Part shown: positions 44,074 to 58,335 of the stretch, in pieces
Layout of the letters: each line of letters opens with the position of its first letter
How positions within the stretch are numbered: position 1 is the first letter of the stretch
DNA from: Eledone cirrhosa
Taxonomy: Eukaryota
DNA: 64,000 nucleotides
Direction of reading: 5' to 3'
Assembly: GCA_964016885.1 (NCBI GenBank)
Contig: OZ024765.1
Coordinates: 10,788,001-10,852,000 of the forward strand
Position numbers and translations under genes: made by a program
The notes under the pieces: generated by a model
What the model was told of the DNA's origin: nothing
The model's database searches: none
Seen by the model: only the letters and a program-made list of their open reading frames with translations

Positions 44074-44113
44074 GATATTAAATAAATGGAAACTATATTT
44101 ATAAAACCATATT

Positions 44114-44179
44114 TATTTCATTATATATATTTCAGGGATATCATATTAACAATATGTTATGCCTTCTTCAGACAAAATA
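44114..44179 (-). ncRNA. Minimal hammerhead ribozyme motif (family A)
   Basis: Minus strand reads tattttgt CTGAAGA aggcataacatatt gtt aatatgatatccct GAAA tatata TA atgaaata. Confidence 0.72.
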
Positions 44180-44901
44180 CAATATAGACAGTTTTATAAA
44201 TAAATAGATTTGACATACCGTTCAACATCGACTTGTATTTGAAAAGTTGATTTGGCAGTGAAAAATTATAAACAGAAAGAAAGAAAGAAGGAAAGAAAGA
44301 AAGAAAACGAAGAAAAAGAAGAAATGCATGCAACTAAATAGAGAGATGGAAAGATAGATAAAGAGAAGAACTTCATGTAAAGAAACAGATAGAGATATAT
44401 AGAGAGAGGAAATAGATAGAGATAGATATATATAGAGAAAAGTAGGTAGTTGAACATCCGTTGAATGACGTATCAATGATACATTTATTTATTTATTTAT
44501 TTATTTAGCTCTAGTATTAATGTAAGGGAGATATATGTGGTTAGGAGAGAAACCAGCCGTTATATAGAGAGAAAAAATGAAAAGTAACCAGACATAGGCG
44601 AGGCAGAATTTAAAAACCCTATGTTTCAATGTAGAAATATTAGTTCGTATAAAAACTCGGCACTATAATATATATAACTGAAATATATATAATGAAATAA
44701 ATATGGTTTTATAAATATAGTTTCCATTTATTTAATATCGTAAATATACTCCAAATACTTGTTGAGTGCTTTTATATCAGTTATAAATATTTACTAGTTG
44801 TAACCCAACAATTTAAATATAACTTTCCATATATATATATATATATATATAGCATGGCCTCAGCTGGATAGCTGGAACTGGTAAAAGAGTAATTCACTTA
44901 A

Positions 44902-45116
44902 CCCTTTAGCATTTAAACCGGTTGTATTCAGACAGAATTCTCTCACCTTTTTTTCCTGTTAAAACCGGCTGTAACTGGCTACTGATACTGATGTTAAGGT
45001 ATTGTTTTCAAAATAAATAATATCAAAATTTCATAGATTTGATATTTTGTGATATAACGACTTTAGCGTGAAAATACAATAGTATATATATAGAGAGTAA
45101 TATAAATGCTAAAGGG
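44902..45116. mobile_element. piggyBac-type MITE, opposite orientation to 26140-26364
   Basis: TTAA flanks and the same 13-bp terminal inverted repeats. Confidence 0.8.
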
Positions 45117-45672
45117 TTAAGTCAGGCCCATTGAGGTATTTTCTGTGTGTGTTTGAGTGTGCGCACATTGAGTGTGAACAACGCAAGGACCAAGTTGATA
45201 ACAAACCAGGGTAGTACTCACAGTATGATGAAATGCAGACTAGGTGAGCCCTGATCTTTCTACTTGGAGATATTTGTGGAAGTCATGTTGAAATGGCTGG
45301 GCTGGTCATTGGCATTCTACCTCTTCAAACACCAGAGTAACAAGACTTATCACATAACCATAATAAAGAATATATACACACACATATATATTTATATATA
45401 TATATATACATATATACAAACATGCACACACACAAACTTTTTTCTTATTTTTTGATTTTCTCATTTATTTTATTCAGTATCGTTTTTACTACAAACGTGT
45501 CACTTTAGTGTGTATATATATATATATATATATATACATATATATATGTGTGTGTGTGTGTGTGTGTATATATATGTGTGTGTGTGTGTGTGTATATATA
45601 TATACATGTATGTGTGTGTGTGTATTTATATATATATATATATATGTGTGTGTGTATATATATGTGTGTGTG

Positions 45673-45705
<33 letters not shown>

Positions 45706-45778
45706 ATATATATGTGTGTGTGTGTGTATATATATTTGTATGTATATGCGTGTGTATATATATATATATCTATATGTG

Positions 45779-45883
<105 letters not shown>

Positions 45884-46857
45884 ATGTATATATATATATA
45901 TATATATATAGGAATAATATAGTTATCCTACATTGAGCTAAAACCACACTGTCATACCAAGGGCAATATATCTGTATGTCTGGGCATATTGAAATATTTG
46001 TCAACGAAATATATATATAACATCTTAATAATTAACAGTTATTTTTTTGTGATAACACCTTTAGCTGTACAATACCTGAAAAATACCTTTGGAAATTTGC
46101 AAATTTGTTAACATTGTTGCTTTGTGCGTGTGTGTATATATATGTTTATATATATATTGTTGGGTGATTTGAAATTTGAAAATGTGGGAATCCCAAACAT
46201 GGAAAATAACTGTAACAACAGTTGATTGTTTTAAATAATAGTTTAGAAAATTGGGTAAAATGTCCCATAGAATAAAATAATGTGGCCAGCAGCCCCTGTA
46301 TCATTTGTTTGGTATTCCCTCATTTAAAATTTATATATTTATCAGTGAGAAGAAGAACATATAATATATATATATATACACATACATATATTTACATATA
46401 TATATATATATGCGTATATTCTCACTGTTAATTTTCTCCTTTGTCTATTTTGTATTTACACACTGGCTCATAAGTTCCTTTCCTTTGTTTGTTAAACCCT
46501 ATATATTCTAATGAAAGAACCCCCTCTCCTATGATTTTGGAGTGATTTACTAAAAGTATTAATTATTTCATTCGTAAGATAACTAAATTATTTCATTACT
46601 AAGATAGTAAATTAATATAAGGTTCCTATATAAAATTATGTTGGAAAATTTTTATTTAAATTGGAAACCTTTAAAATTGGTGTTTTTATATCATAGAGCC
46701 ATAGCTGGTTTTGGCTGGGTTGGTATCTAGAGGGATAAAACAGACTGTTTTAGAGGTGGTTTCAGGCAGGTTGCTAATGAAAGGGTTTAATTGCAAAGCA
46801 ATTTTATGGCCATTGTGAATTTTTATATTTGTATGTAAATTTCTGTTTGTATATTTG

Positions 46858-46889
<32 letters not shown>

Positions 46890-46923
46890 TATATATAGTT
46901 CCACACCAGTTAGTAAACGATTT

Positions 46924-46964
46924 CCGGGGACAATTTGTTTCCCCTTAATGGATCATCAGCTCGG
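46924..46964 (-). ncRNA. Minimal hammerhead ribozyme motif, GUC triplet
   Basis: Minus strand reads ccgag CTGATGA tcc attaa ggg GAAA caaattg TC cccgg, with one stem I mismatch. Confidence 0.7.
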
Positions 46965-47067
46965 TTTAAATGGGTTAAATCTGGAAAAGGAAGACCATGT
47001 AATTGTTGTGGAACTACTGTTGGACTGAGTCCTCTACTACTGCGGATGTAACCCAGCAGTGTTCTGC

Positions 47068-47107
<40 letters not shown>

Positions 47108-47310
47108 ATATATATGTGTATGTATGTATATATATATATATATATATAAATAATGTCAAATTATTTGTTATTACTTTGTATTGGTGTTGTTTTTTTAATT
47201 GACAGAAAATAATTGTTGCTTCTGTATTTCATACTTTTCTTCTATTTCTGCTTCCTAACCACCATGTTGCTTTTTGTTTTATGTCAGGCTTTTATCTTTT
47301 GTCTTTCTAT

Positions 47311-47350
<40 letters not shown>

Positions 47351-47428
47351 GCTTTGCTTTTTTCTATTCTTTTGACATTCTATTGAAAACCTTAACTGTA
47401 AACAGTTTTCTTCATTATTGTTAATATA

Positions 47429-47488
<60 letters not shown>

Positions 47489-47697
47489 TGTAAGTGTGTA
47501 GTATATATGTCTGTATAGTAGATACATATGTAATGTATATATACTACATATATATGTCTGTATATTAGATATATATATGTATGAATACTTAATATATATG
47601 TATGTATACAAGATATATATGTATGTATACTTAATATATATGTCTGTATACTAGATATATATGTATGTATACTAGATATATATATATGTATATATAC

Positions 47698-47731
<34 letters not shown>

Positions 47732-48749
47732 GTTTGCTTTTTTTGTTGTTTCTTGTTGACATATAATTATTAACCATAACTATATTTCTCATGAAATACT
47801 ATCTATTTAATATAATTGATGACAAATTCTGAGGAATTTACTAAAAATATTGTTGGAAGATTTTAATTTGAATAGGAACTCTGTATTTCAATTAATTAAT
47901 GAAGACTTTTGAGACTATCATTTCATTACTCAGACTAATTTAAATAGGAACCCTTTAAAATGGGTGGGTTTTGTTTCGTAGAACCAGAGCCAGTTTTGGG
48001 CAGGTTGGTATTAAAATTATAAATATTATTATTTATATTATCTTATCGGGATCAACTTTGCACATATCTAGGAAGATTTAAATATAGAATGACTTAAATA
48101 TAAGATAAATAAATTCTAAAATCTTGTAAATCTATGATTTAACTTTTGAATAACTTAAATTTCTTATCTTGTAAATCTAGTGGGGTTTAAATCTGGGATT
48201 TTGTAAATTTTGCAGGTCGTAAATTTAGGATGTTGAAAATCTTGAATGATTTTAAAACTAAGATTACTTAAATCTAAGACAATTTAAATTTATGATGTAA
48301 ATTTAAGATAATGCAACTTCTTCAAATTAAGAGATCACAGCTCCGATACTATGGGCATGTGGTTAGACCCCAAGCAAGATAGTTGGACAGCATCCATGGA
48401 GTTAGAGAAACCTAAGGGGCGAAGGGGTACGAAACTAAAACCGACAACTAAAAAGGTACTTCTGTTTAGTAAGGCTGGAGTTAGAGAAACTTGTCTAAGA
48501 AAGGGTTACAAAACTAAAGCTGACAACTATCAAGGTCTTTCTGTTTAGTAAGGCTAAACCTAGGGGACGAAGGGGTTCTCTAAGATTCTCTAACTCCAGT
48601 TAGAGAATCTTAGGGAACTAAAGAGTACAAAACTAAAACTGACAACTAAAAAGTTCCTTCTATTTAGTAAACCTGGAGTTAGAGAAGCCTAAGGGACAAA
48701 GGGATTTAGTAAGGTTGGTGTTAGAAAATCTTAGGGGACGAACGGGTAC

Positions 48750-49960
48750 GAAACTAAAGCTGACAACTAAAGAGGTCTCTCTGTTTAGTAAGGTTGGAGT
48801 TAGAGAAGCCTAAGGGACAAAGGGATTTAGTAAGGTTGGAGTTAGAGAATCTTAGGGGACTAAAAAGTACGAAACTAATGCTGACAACTAACAAAGTCCT
48901 TCTGTTTAGTAAACCTGGCGTTAGAGAAACTTGTTTAAGGGGTACGAAACTAAAGCTGACAACTAAAGAGGTCTCTCTGTTTAGTAAGGTTGGAGTTAGA
49001 GAAACCTAAGGGACAAAGGGATTTAGTAAGGTTGGAGTTAGAGAATCTTAGGGGACTAAAAAGTACGAAACTAATGCTGACAACTAACAAAGTCCTTCTG
49101 TTTAGTAAACCTGGCGTTAGAGAAACTTGTTTAAGGGGTACGAAACTAAAGCTGACAACTAAAGAGGTCTCTCTGTTTAGTAAGGTTGGAGTTAGAGAAG
49201 CCTAAGGGACAAAGGGATTTAGTAAGGTTGGAGTTAGAGAATCTTAGGGGACTAAAAAGTACGAAACTAATGCTGACAACTAACAAAGTCCTTCTGTTTA
49301 GTAAACCTGGCGTTAGAGAAACTTGTTTAAGGGGTACGAAACTAAAGCTGACAACTAAAGAGGTCTCTCTGTTTAGTAAGGTTGGAGTTAGAGAAACCTA
49401 AGGGACAAAGGGATTTAGTAAGGTTGGAGTTAGAGAATCTTAGGGGACTAAAAAGTACGAAACTAATGCTGACAACTAACAAAGTCCTTCTGTTTAGTAA
49501 ACCTGGCGTTAGAGAAACTTGTTTAAGGGGTACGAAACTAAAGCTGACAACTAAAGAGGTCTCTCTGTTTAGTAAGGTTGGAGTTAGAGAAGCCTAAGGG
49601 ACAAAGGGATTTAGTAAGGTTGGAGTTAGAGAATCTTAGGGGACTAAAAAGTACGAAACTAATGCTGACAACTAACAAAGTCCTTCTGTTTAGTAAACCT
49701 GGCGTTAGAGAAACTTGTTTAAGGGGTACGAAACTAAAGCTGACAACTAAAGAGGTCTCTCTGTTTAGTAAGGTTGGAGTTAGAGAAACCTAAGGGACAA
49801 AGGGATTTAGTAAGGTTGGAGTTAGAGAATCTTAGGGGACTAAAAAGTACGAAACTAATGCTGACAACTAACAAAGTCCTTCTGTTTAGTAAACCTGGCA
49901 TTAGAGAAACTTGTTTAAGGGGTACGAAACTAAAGCTGACAACTAACAAGGTCCTTCTGT
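48750..49960. repeat. 196-bp tandem repeat, about 6 near-identical copies with degenerate upstream copies
   Basis: Identical ORF starts every 196 bp in the track (48794, 48990, 49186, ...). Confidence 0.92.
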
Positions 49961-49981
49961 TGCATGTGCTGCTGCTCTCAG

Positions 49982-50080
49982 GTGTGTTGGATATGATCTC
50001 TCCTAATGCTGCTACTACTACTACTGCATCTCCATCTCTTGCTGCAATGGCACCAAGCACTACACCAGCGCCACCTGCAG
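49982..50080 (+). CDS. PICALM: Probable AP180/PICALM tail exon: (G)VLDMISPNAATTTTASPSLAAMAPSTTPAPPA
   Basis: actaac branch-like site at about 49942, ctctcag acceptor, weak gtacta donor, 99 nt, phase 1 to 1. A/T/P/S-rich like AP180 tails, and a unique island between two repeat arrays. Confidence 0.7.
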
Positions 50081-50194
50081 GTACTACCATCTTAACTTTC
50101 TCCCATCTCACTCTCACCACACACACTTCTCTCTCTCTCTATCTCTTCATCCATGCTGCACACGCGTACATGCATACACTGTATACACTTTCTC

Positions 50195-51420
50195 CCCTCT
50201 CTCTCACCCTGTCTCTCTCTCTCACCCTTCCTTTCCCACTCACCCCTCTCTCTCTCACCCTTCCTTTCTCACTCACACTCTCTCTCTCTCTCACCCTTCC
50301 TTTCCCACTCACCCTGTCTCTCTCTCACCCTTCCTTTCCCACTCACCCTGTCTCTCTCTCTCACCCTTCCTTTCCCACTCACCCTGTCTCTCTCTCACCC
50401 TTCCTTTCCCACTCACCCTGTCTCTCTCTCACCCTTCCTTTCTCACTCACCCCTCTCTCTCTCACCCTTCCTTTCCCACTCACCCTGTCTCTCTCTCTCT
50501 CACCCTTCCTTTCTCACTCACCCCTCTCTCTCTCACCCTTCCTTTCCCACTCACCCTGTCTCTCTCTCTCACCCTTCCTTTCCCACTCACCCTGTCTCTC
50601 TCTCTCACCCTTCCTTTCCCACTCACCCTGTCTCTCTCTCTCACCCTTCCTTTCCCACTCACCCTGTCTCTCTCTCTCACCCTTCCTTTCCCACTCACCC
50701 TGTCTCTCTCTCTCACCCTTCCTTTCCCACTCACCCTGTCTCTCTCTCTCACCCTTCCTTTCCCACTCACCCCTCTCTCTCACCCTTCCTTTCCCACTCA
50801 CCCTGTCTCTCTCTCTCACCCTTCCTTTCCCACTCACCCCTCTCTCTCACCCTTCCTTTCCCACTCACCCCCTCTCTCTCTCACCCTTCCTTTCCCACTC
50901 ACCCTCTCTCTCTCACCCTTCCTTTCCCACTCACCCCCTCTCTCACCCTTCCTTTCCCACTCACCCTCTCTCTCACCCTTCCTTTCCCACTCACCCCCTC
51001 TCTCTCTCAGCCTTCCTTTCCCACTCACCCCCTCTCTCACCCTTCCTTTCCCACTCACCCCTCTCTCTCACCCTTCCTTTCCCACTCACCCCCTCTCTCT
51101 CTCAGCCTTCCTTTCCCACTCACCCTCTCTCTCACCCTTCCTTTCCCACTCACCCTCTCTCTCTCACCCTTCCTTTCCCACTCACCCCCTCTCTCACCCT
51201 TCCTTTCCCACTCACCCTTCCTTTCCCACTCACCCCCTCTCTCTCTCACCCTTCCTTTCCCACTCACCCCCCCTCTCTCTCACCCTTCCTTTCCCACTCA
51301 CCCTCTACCTTTCACCCTTCCTTTCCCACTCACCCCCTCTCTCACCCTTCCTTTCCCACTCACCCCCTCTCTCACCCTTCCTTTCCCACTCTCACTCTCT
51401 CTCTCTCACCCTTTCTTTCT
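50195..51420. repeat. Pyrimidine-rich minisatellite of about 31-37 bp
   Basis: ctcacccttcctttcccactcaccctgtctctct units. Confidence 0.92.
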
Positions 51421-51836
51421 CACACCCTTTCTCTCTCACTCACCCTCTCTCTCTTACCCTTTCTTTCTCACTCACCCTCTCTCTCTCACCCTTTCTCTCT
51501 CTACCAACATCTCTCTCCACCCTCTCTTTCTTATTCTCTCCCTCCCCTTCTCTAATCTTCTCTCTCACTACTCCTCTCACCCTCCCTTTCTCTATCATCA
51601 TCTCTCTTCCCCCCTCTCATCTTCTCTTTGAAACCTCTCTTTTGCCCCTTTTCCTTTCTTCACCCCCCACTCCCTCTCTCTCTCTCTCATTCTTTCTCTC
51701 TCCACCTTTTGTTTGTTCTTTCTTTCTACACCCCTGCACACATCTGCACTGTATATGTGTGTATATATATTGCACTGGTGAACAAGTTGTGCCTCCATTT
51801 TATATACAATATTTATAATCATCATCATCATCATAC

Positions 51837-51871
<35 letters not shown>

Positions 51872-51985
51872 AATGTATGTATGTGTGTGTGTGAATGTAT
51901 GTATGTGTGTATATCCATGCCAGCATGGAAAATGAATGTTAAGCAGTGATGATGATGATGATGATGATATATATATATATATATA

Positions 51986-52025
<40 letters not shown>

Positions 52026-52028
<3 letters not shown>

Positions 52029-52128
52029 GGTGACCCCCAAAAATGTATACACACTTCAACAGCATTCTAATAAATAATGCCTGTACAGGTAATTAAAGTG
52101 TGTATACATTTTTTGGGGACATCCTGTG
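52026..52128. mobile_element. Tc1/mariner-type MITE
   Basis: cagggtgacccccaaaaatgtatacacactt / aagtgtgtatacattttttggggacatcctg inverted repeats in TA context. Related copies at about 56790-56878 and 63226-63297. Confidence 0.7.
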
Positions 52129-52241
52129 TATAAACCTCGCAAAACTAATTCATCGCCGTTATATGTATGTATGTATGTATGTATCTGTGTGTATGTATGT
52201 ATGTATGTATATGTATGTATGTATGTATGTATATATGTATG

Positions 52242-52337
<96 letters not shown>

Positions 52338-52487
52338 TGTATGTATATATATATATACATATATATATGTATGTATATGTTTGTATGTATGTATATATAT
52401 GTATATATATATATATATATATGTATCTATATATATATGTATGTATATATATATATATATATATATGTATCTATATATATATGTATG

Positions 52488-52524
<37 letters not shown>

Positions 52525-52533
52525 ATATGTATG

Positions 52534-52564
<31 letters not shown>

Positions 52565-52589
52565 ATATGTATGTATGTATGTATATATA

Positions 52590-52625
<36 letters not shown>

Positions 52626-52765
52626 TATGTATGTATGTATGTATATATATATGTATGTATGTATGTATATATATATGTATGTATATATATATGTATGTAT
52701 GTATATATATATATGTATGTATGTATATATATATATATATAAATATATGTATATATATATGTATG

Positions 52766-52798
<33 letters not shown>

Positions 52799-52799
52799 G

Positions 52800-52833
<34 letters not shown>

Positions 52834-52834
52834 A

Positions 52835-52873
<39 letters not shown>

Positions 52874-52962
52874 TATAGATAGGTAAATATACACGGGTGT
52901 GTATGATTGTGTATAGAAGATTATATTAATAATATTAATATATATATATATATGTATATACA

Positions 52963-53097
<135 letters not shown>

Positions 53098-53098
53098 G

Positions 53099-53199
<101 letters not shown>

Positions 53200-53200
53200 G

Positions 53201-53245
<45 letters not shown>

Positions 53246-53756
53246 GTATATATATATGAATATATGTATATATATATATATATATAAAAATATGAATATA
53301 TATATGTATATATATATATATAAAAATATGAATATATGTATATATATATATATATAAAAATATGAATATATATATGTATATATATATATATAAAAATATG
53401 AATATATGTATATATATATATATATATAAAAATATGAATATATATATGTATATATATATATATAAAAATATGAATATATATATGTATATATATATATATA
53501 TAAAAATATGAATATATATATGTATTTATATATATATAAATATGAATATATATATGTATATATATATATATATATATGAATATATATATGTATATATATA
53601 TATATATGTATATATATATGTATATATATATATATATGTATATGTATATATATATATGTATATATATAAGAATATATATATATATGTATATATATATATG
53701 TATATATATAAGAATATATATGTATATATATATATATATGTATATATATAAGAATG

Positions 53757-53828
<72 letters not shown>

Positions 53829-53874
53829 AATGTATATATATATGTATATATATATATATGTATATATATATATG

Positions 53875-53905
<31 letters not shown>

Positions 53906-53914
53906 GTATATATG

Positions 53915-53979
<65 letters not shown>

Positions 53980-54002
53980 GTATATATGTATATATATATA
54001 TG

Positions 54003-54034
<32 letters not shown>

Positions 54035-54112
54035 TGTATATGTATATATGTATATGTATATATGTATATATATATATATGTATATATGTATATATATATA
54101 TATGTATATATG

Positions 54113-54143
<31 letters not shown>

Positions 54144-54346
54144 GTATATATGTATATATGTATATATGTATATATATATATATGTATATATGTATATATA
54201 TATATGTATATATGTATATATATATATATGTATATATGTATATATATATATATGTATATATGTATATATATATATATGTATATATGTATATATACATATA
54301 TGTATATATATATATGTATATATACATATATGTATATATATATATG

Positions 54347-54377
<31 letters not shown>

Positions 54378-54928
54378 GTTATATATATATATATGTATAT
54401 ATATATATGTATATATATATGGTTGATGTTTGCTTATTTGTTTCACCTGCCATGTTGCATTTATGTTGAATTTAATGTTGTGATAATTGTAAGCAGTCTC
54501 CAGCTCCCTTCTCTGTTCTGTGCTATATATACCTGCTGACCCCTACACTGGGGATGGACAGTATCCATTTCTGTGTTCTGTGTTGTATATACCTGCTCCC
54601 ACCTTCACTGGATATGAGCAATGTCCTTTATGTAATATATACTTGCTCCCACCCTTTACTGGATATGAGCAATGTCCTTTATGTAATATATACCTGCTCC
54701 CCCCCTTTACTAGATATGAGCAATGTCCTCTCTGTTATATAAGCCTTCTCTCCTTTCACTGAACATGTCGAGATGTCATCATTGTTAGCTTGGACATCTG
54801 TGTTCTAGGTGTGAAAATATACTGAAAACTCCTCGTCTGTAGAATTATTGTGTAAAAGATGTCACACAGAGTAAGATAGATAGATGGATAGATGGAGCAA
54901 TGGGAGAGAGATGCTGGTTAAAGTGGTT

Positions 54929-54965
<37 letters not shown>

Positions 54966-55233
54966 GTTTGTCTGCTTCTCTGTTCGTCTCTCTCTCTCTC
55001 TCTCTCTGTCTCTTTTGTTTGTCTGCTTCTCTGTTCGTCTCTCTCTCTCTCTCTCACCCTACCTTTTCCTGTTTCTCTCTCTCTGTCTTTCTCTATCTGT
55101 CACTCTCCTTCTCTCTTTCACCCTCTCCGTCTGTCTGTCTTTCCATCCGTCTTTCTCTCTCCTTCTGTCTCTCACTCTCTGTACACACAAATACACATAC
55201 ACGCCATAGAGAGTTGATTATGTTGGTTTGGTT

Positions 55234-55267
<34 letters not shown>

Positions 55268-56678
55268 ACCACACACGCACGCACAGATGACACATACACA
55301 CACATTCACACAATGATTGGTTGAATGATCTACCACCACCACCATCATATCATCACATCATTTCAAATTACTTGTTGCTATTCAACTCTTTCCATGTCAT
55401 AATTCCAATGAAAGACACTGCCTATGGTTTTAAAATAATTTTGAAAATAATTAAGAATTCTTGTTATTAAATTGATGTTTTAAATATATCTTAACAAAGG
55501 TTCTTATACAAAATTATGATGGAAACGTTTGAGATAAATATAAACCCTTCAAGCTTTTTTTTCATCATATTTCCAATGAAAGACACTGCCTATGGTTTTC
55601 GACTCACTTTGAAAATAATCCAAATAGACATTTTGAAAAGAATAAAGAATTCTCATTAGTAAATTTGTGTTTAAAATATCTTAAAGGTTCTTACATAAAA
55701 TTATGATGGAATGTTTTTAGATAAATATAAACACTTCAACGATTTCATTACCATATTTCCAATGAAAGACATTGCCAATGGTTTTCAAATCATTTTGAAA
55801 ATAGTTAAATATTCATAGAATTTGGAGGAATTTAGTAATTTAATTAATTTTTTTTATTTAACCCTTTAGCATTTACACCGACTGTATCTGGTCAGAATTC
55901 TCTCACCTTTTTCTATTCAAACTGGCTGTAACCAGCCACTCATACAGATGTTAAGATATTGTTCTCAGAATAAATAACATCAAAATCTTGTAGGTTCAAT
56001 ATCATGTGAGATAATACACTTTATTTCAATCAATTAATGAAGAATTTTAAGGGATTTACTAAAATTGTTAATTATGTTGGAATATTTTAATTTAAATTGG
56101 AAACCTTTAAAATGGGTGACTTTATTTCATCGAACCAGGGCCGGTTTTGGCTGGGTTGGTAACTCAAAGGGTTAACATAAATTCTTATATAAAATCATGA
56201 TGGAAGAGTTTTAGATAAATATAAACACTTCAACTCTTTTGTCATTATACATCTGATGAAAGACATTGCCTATGATTTTCAAATAATTTTGAAAATAATC
56301 AAGAATTTGGATGAATTCAATAATTTATAACTAACTTTCTCATTGAATTGTTGTAGGTATAACTACAGATTAAAATTATAAGACTCACTTGACAAAGAAT
56401 CAACTGTAAACACACTTTGTTATTTTTTGTATAGAAACATATTAATCCTTATATTTTAAGCAAAAATGACTTTATCGAAGCGATAATAGTTTTTATGTGT
56501 ATTTTTTAATTGGGTCTTTTCTAACAGTGTATGATTTTATCCAAATTAACATAGATCATTAAGGAATTTATTTTGTTACAGACCAACTTTAGTTTTCTAG
56601 GACTTTGGTTTTGTTTCATCTATTTAATTAACTTATATGAAATACTGTCCAGAAACCACACACACATATATATATATA

Positions 56679-56769
<91 letters not shown>

Positions 56770-56877
56770 TCACACACACATACATATACACAGTGTGTCC
56801 CCCAAAATATATAAACACACTTTACCTGCACAGGTAATATTTCTTAGAATGATGTATATATTTTTGGGGGACAGTCC

Positions 56878-56915
<38 letters not shown>

Positions 56916-57091
56916 GTGTATATATGTATGTATATATATGTGTGTATATATGTATGTATATATATATGTGTATATATGTATGTATACAAATATGTATATA
57001 TATATATGTATGTATATGTATACATATATATATATATAAATAAATATATATATATATTAACAAATGGAAACTATATTTATAAAATCATATT

Positions 57092-57157
57092 TACTTTATT
57101 ATACATATTTCAAGGGCCACCAAGGCAAATTATGGTGTGCTTTCATCAGATAAAATA
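57092..57157 (-). ncRNA. Minimal hammerhead ribozyme motif (family A)
   Basis: Minus strand reads tattttat CTGATGA aagcacacca taatttgcct tggtggccctt GAAA tatgta TA ataaagta. Confidence 0.72.
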
Positions 57158-57216
57158 CAATACAGATTAGTTTTATAAATAAATATTGACATACCCTGAA
57201 AAAATATAACCTCTGC

Positions 57217-57249
<33 letters not shown>

Positions 57250-57259
57250 TAGGCATATG

Positions 57260-57309
<50 letters not shown>

Positions 57310-57365
57310 CATATATTTATATGTATATATATATGCTTATGTGTATATATATATATCATATATAT

Positions 57366-57399
<34 letters not shown>

Positions 57400-57408
57400 C
57401 ATATATAT

Positions 57409-57462
<54 letters not shown>

Positions 57463-57648
57463 CATGCATATATGATATAAATGCATGTGGAAGACCAAGA
57501 CAGTGGAAATGAAATGCAGGGGTTTGTTGAGGTGGGAATGCAGACAATAGGTTAATATGGAGAAGCTTGTCAAGGGGCCTAGATGATCAATCCCTATTCT
57601 AGTAGAGAAAATAGCTGTAAATCACCTCATTTTTCTTGTCTCCCACAG

Positions 57649-57672
57649 GAATAAGCGACGAGTCATTCCAAC
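57649..57672 (+). CDS. Candidate 24-nt microexon (G)ISDESFQ(L)
   Basis: Strong acceptor cctcatttttcttgtctcccacag, donor gtaata, phase 1 to 1, in frame with the flanking exons. Confidence 0.6.
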
Positions 57673-57966
57673 GTAATATATTTCTCATTTCTCATATATG
57701 TTTTCAACTTTCTTCATGAAATTGTTTACCTTCCTGTTTCTCTTTACCATTTCTGATGATAATAATAATAATAATAATAATAATTTTTATCAAATTGTGT
57801 TTTGTATTCATGTATAAAGAAGTATAAAGAAATATTGGTTCAGGAAAAACATGTTCAGACCATTACTCACCAGAGTACTCAATACTTGGGTTAGTAGAGT
57901 AAGGTTATAAAAAAAGCCAAGGCCCCAATGGCTGAGCTCTTGCCATTTCAACAGCTAGTTCCAGTT

Positions 57967-58004
<38 letters not shown>

Positions 58005-58010
58005 GAAATG

Positions 58011-58335
58011 GGGGCACATGGCTTAGTGGTTAGAGCATTGGCCTTGCAATCGAAAGGTTGTGAGTTCAATTCTCAGACCGGGTGATGTGTTGTTTCCTTG
58101 AGCAAGACACTTTATTTCACATTGCTCCAGTTTACTCAGCTGTAGAAATGAGATGATAGGGACTGGGGTCCATATCATTCCACTGTAAAGTGGTCGTGGA
58201 GGTGCCACGGCAAAAAAGCACCCAGCACTCACTGTAAATGAGGTTGGTGTTAGGAGGGGCATCCAGCTGTAGAAATCAAGCCAGAATCAGTTCCCGTCCC
58301 ACCCTTGCAAGCAGGGATAAAGCGGACGTAAAATG
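58011..58335 (+). mobile_element. tRNA-derived CORE-type SINE family 2, full length, with RTE-like tail
   Basis: A-box tggcttagtgg, B-box gagttcaattc, CORE-like ccttgagcaagacacttt...ccagtttactcagctgtagaaatg, then gttggtgttaggaggggcatccagctgtagaaa...ggacgtaaaatg. Confidence 0.8.

Noticed and set aside
48794-49981. Six identical 71-aa ORFs and the 593-aa ORF 49774-51555
   Set aside because: Artefacts of the 196-bp and CT-rich tandem arrays. Only 49982-50080 has exon features.
58011-58085. tRNA-like A/B boxes here and in SINE family 1 heads
   Set aside because: They continue into SINE bodies and do not form a convincing cloverleaf, so they are not tRNA genes.
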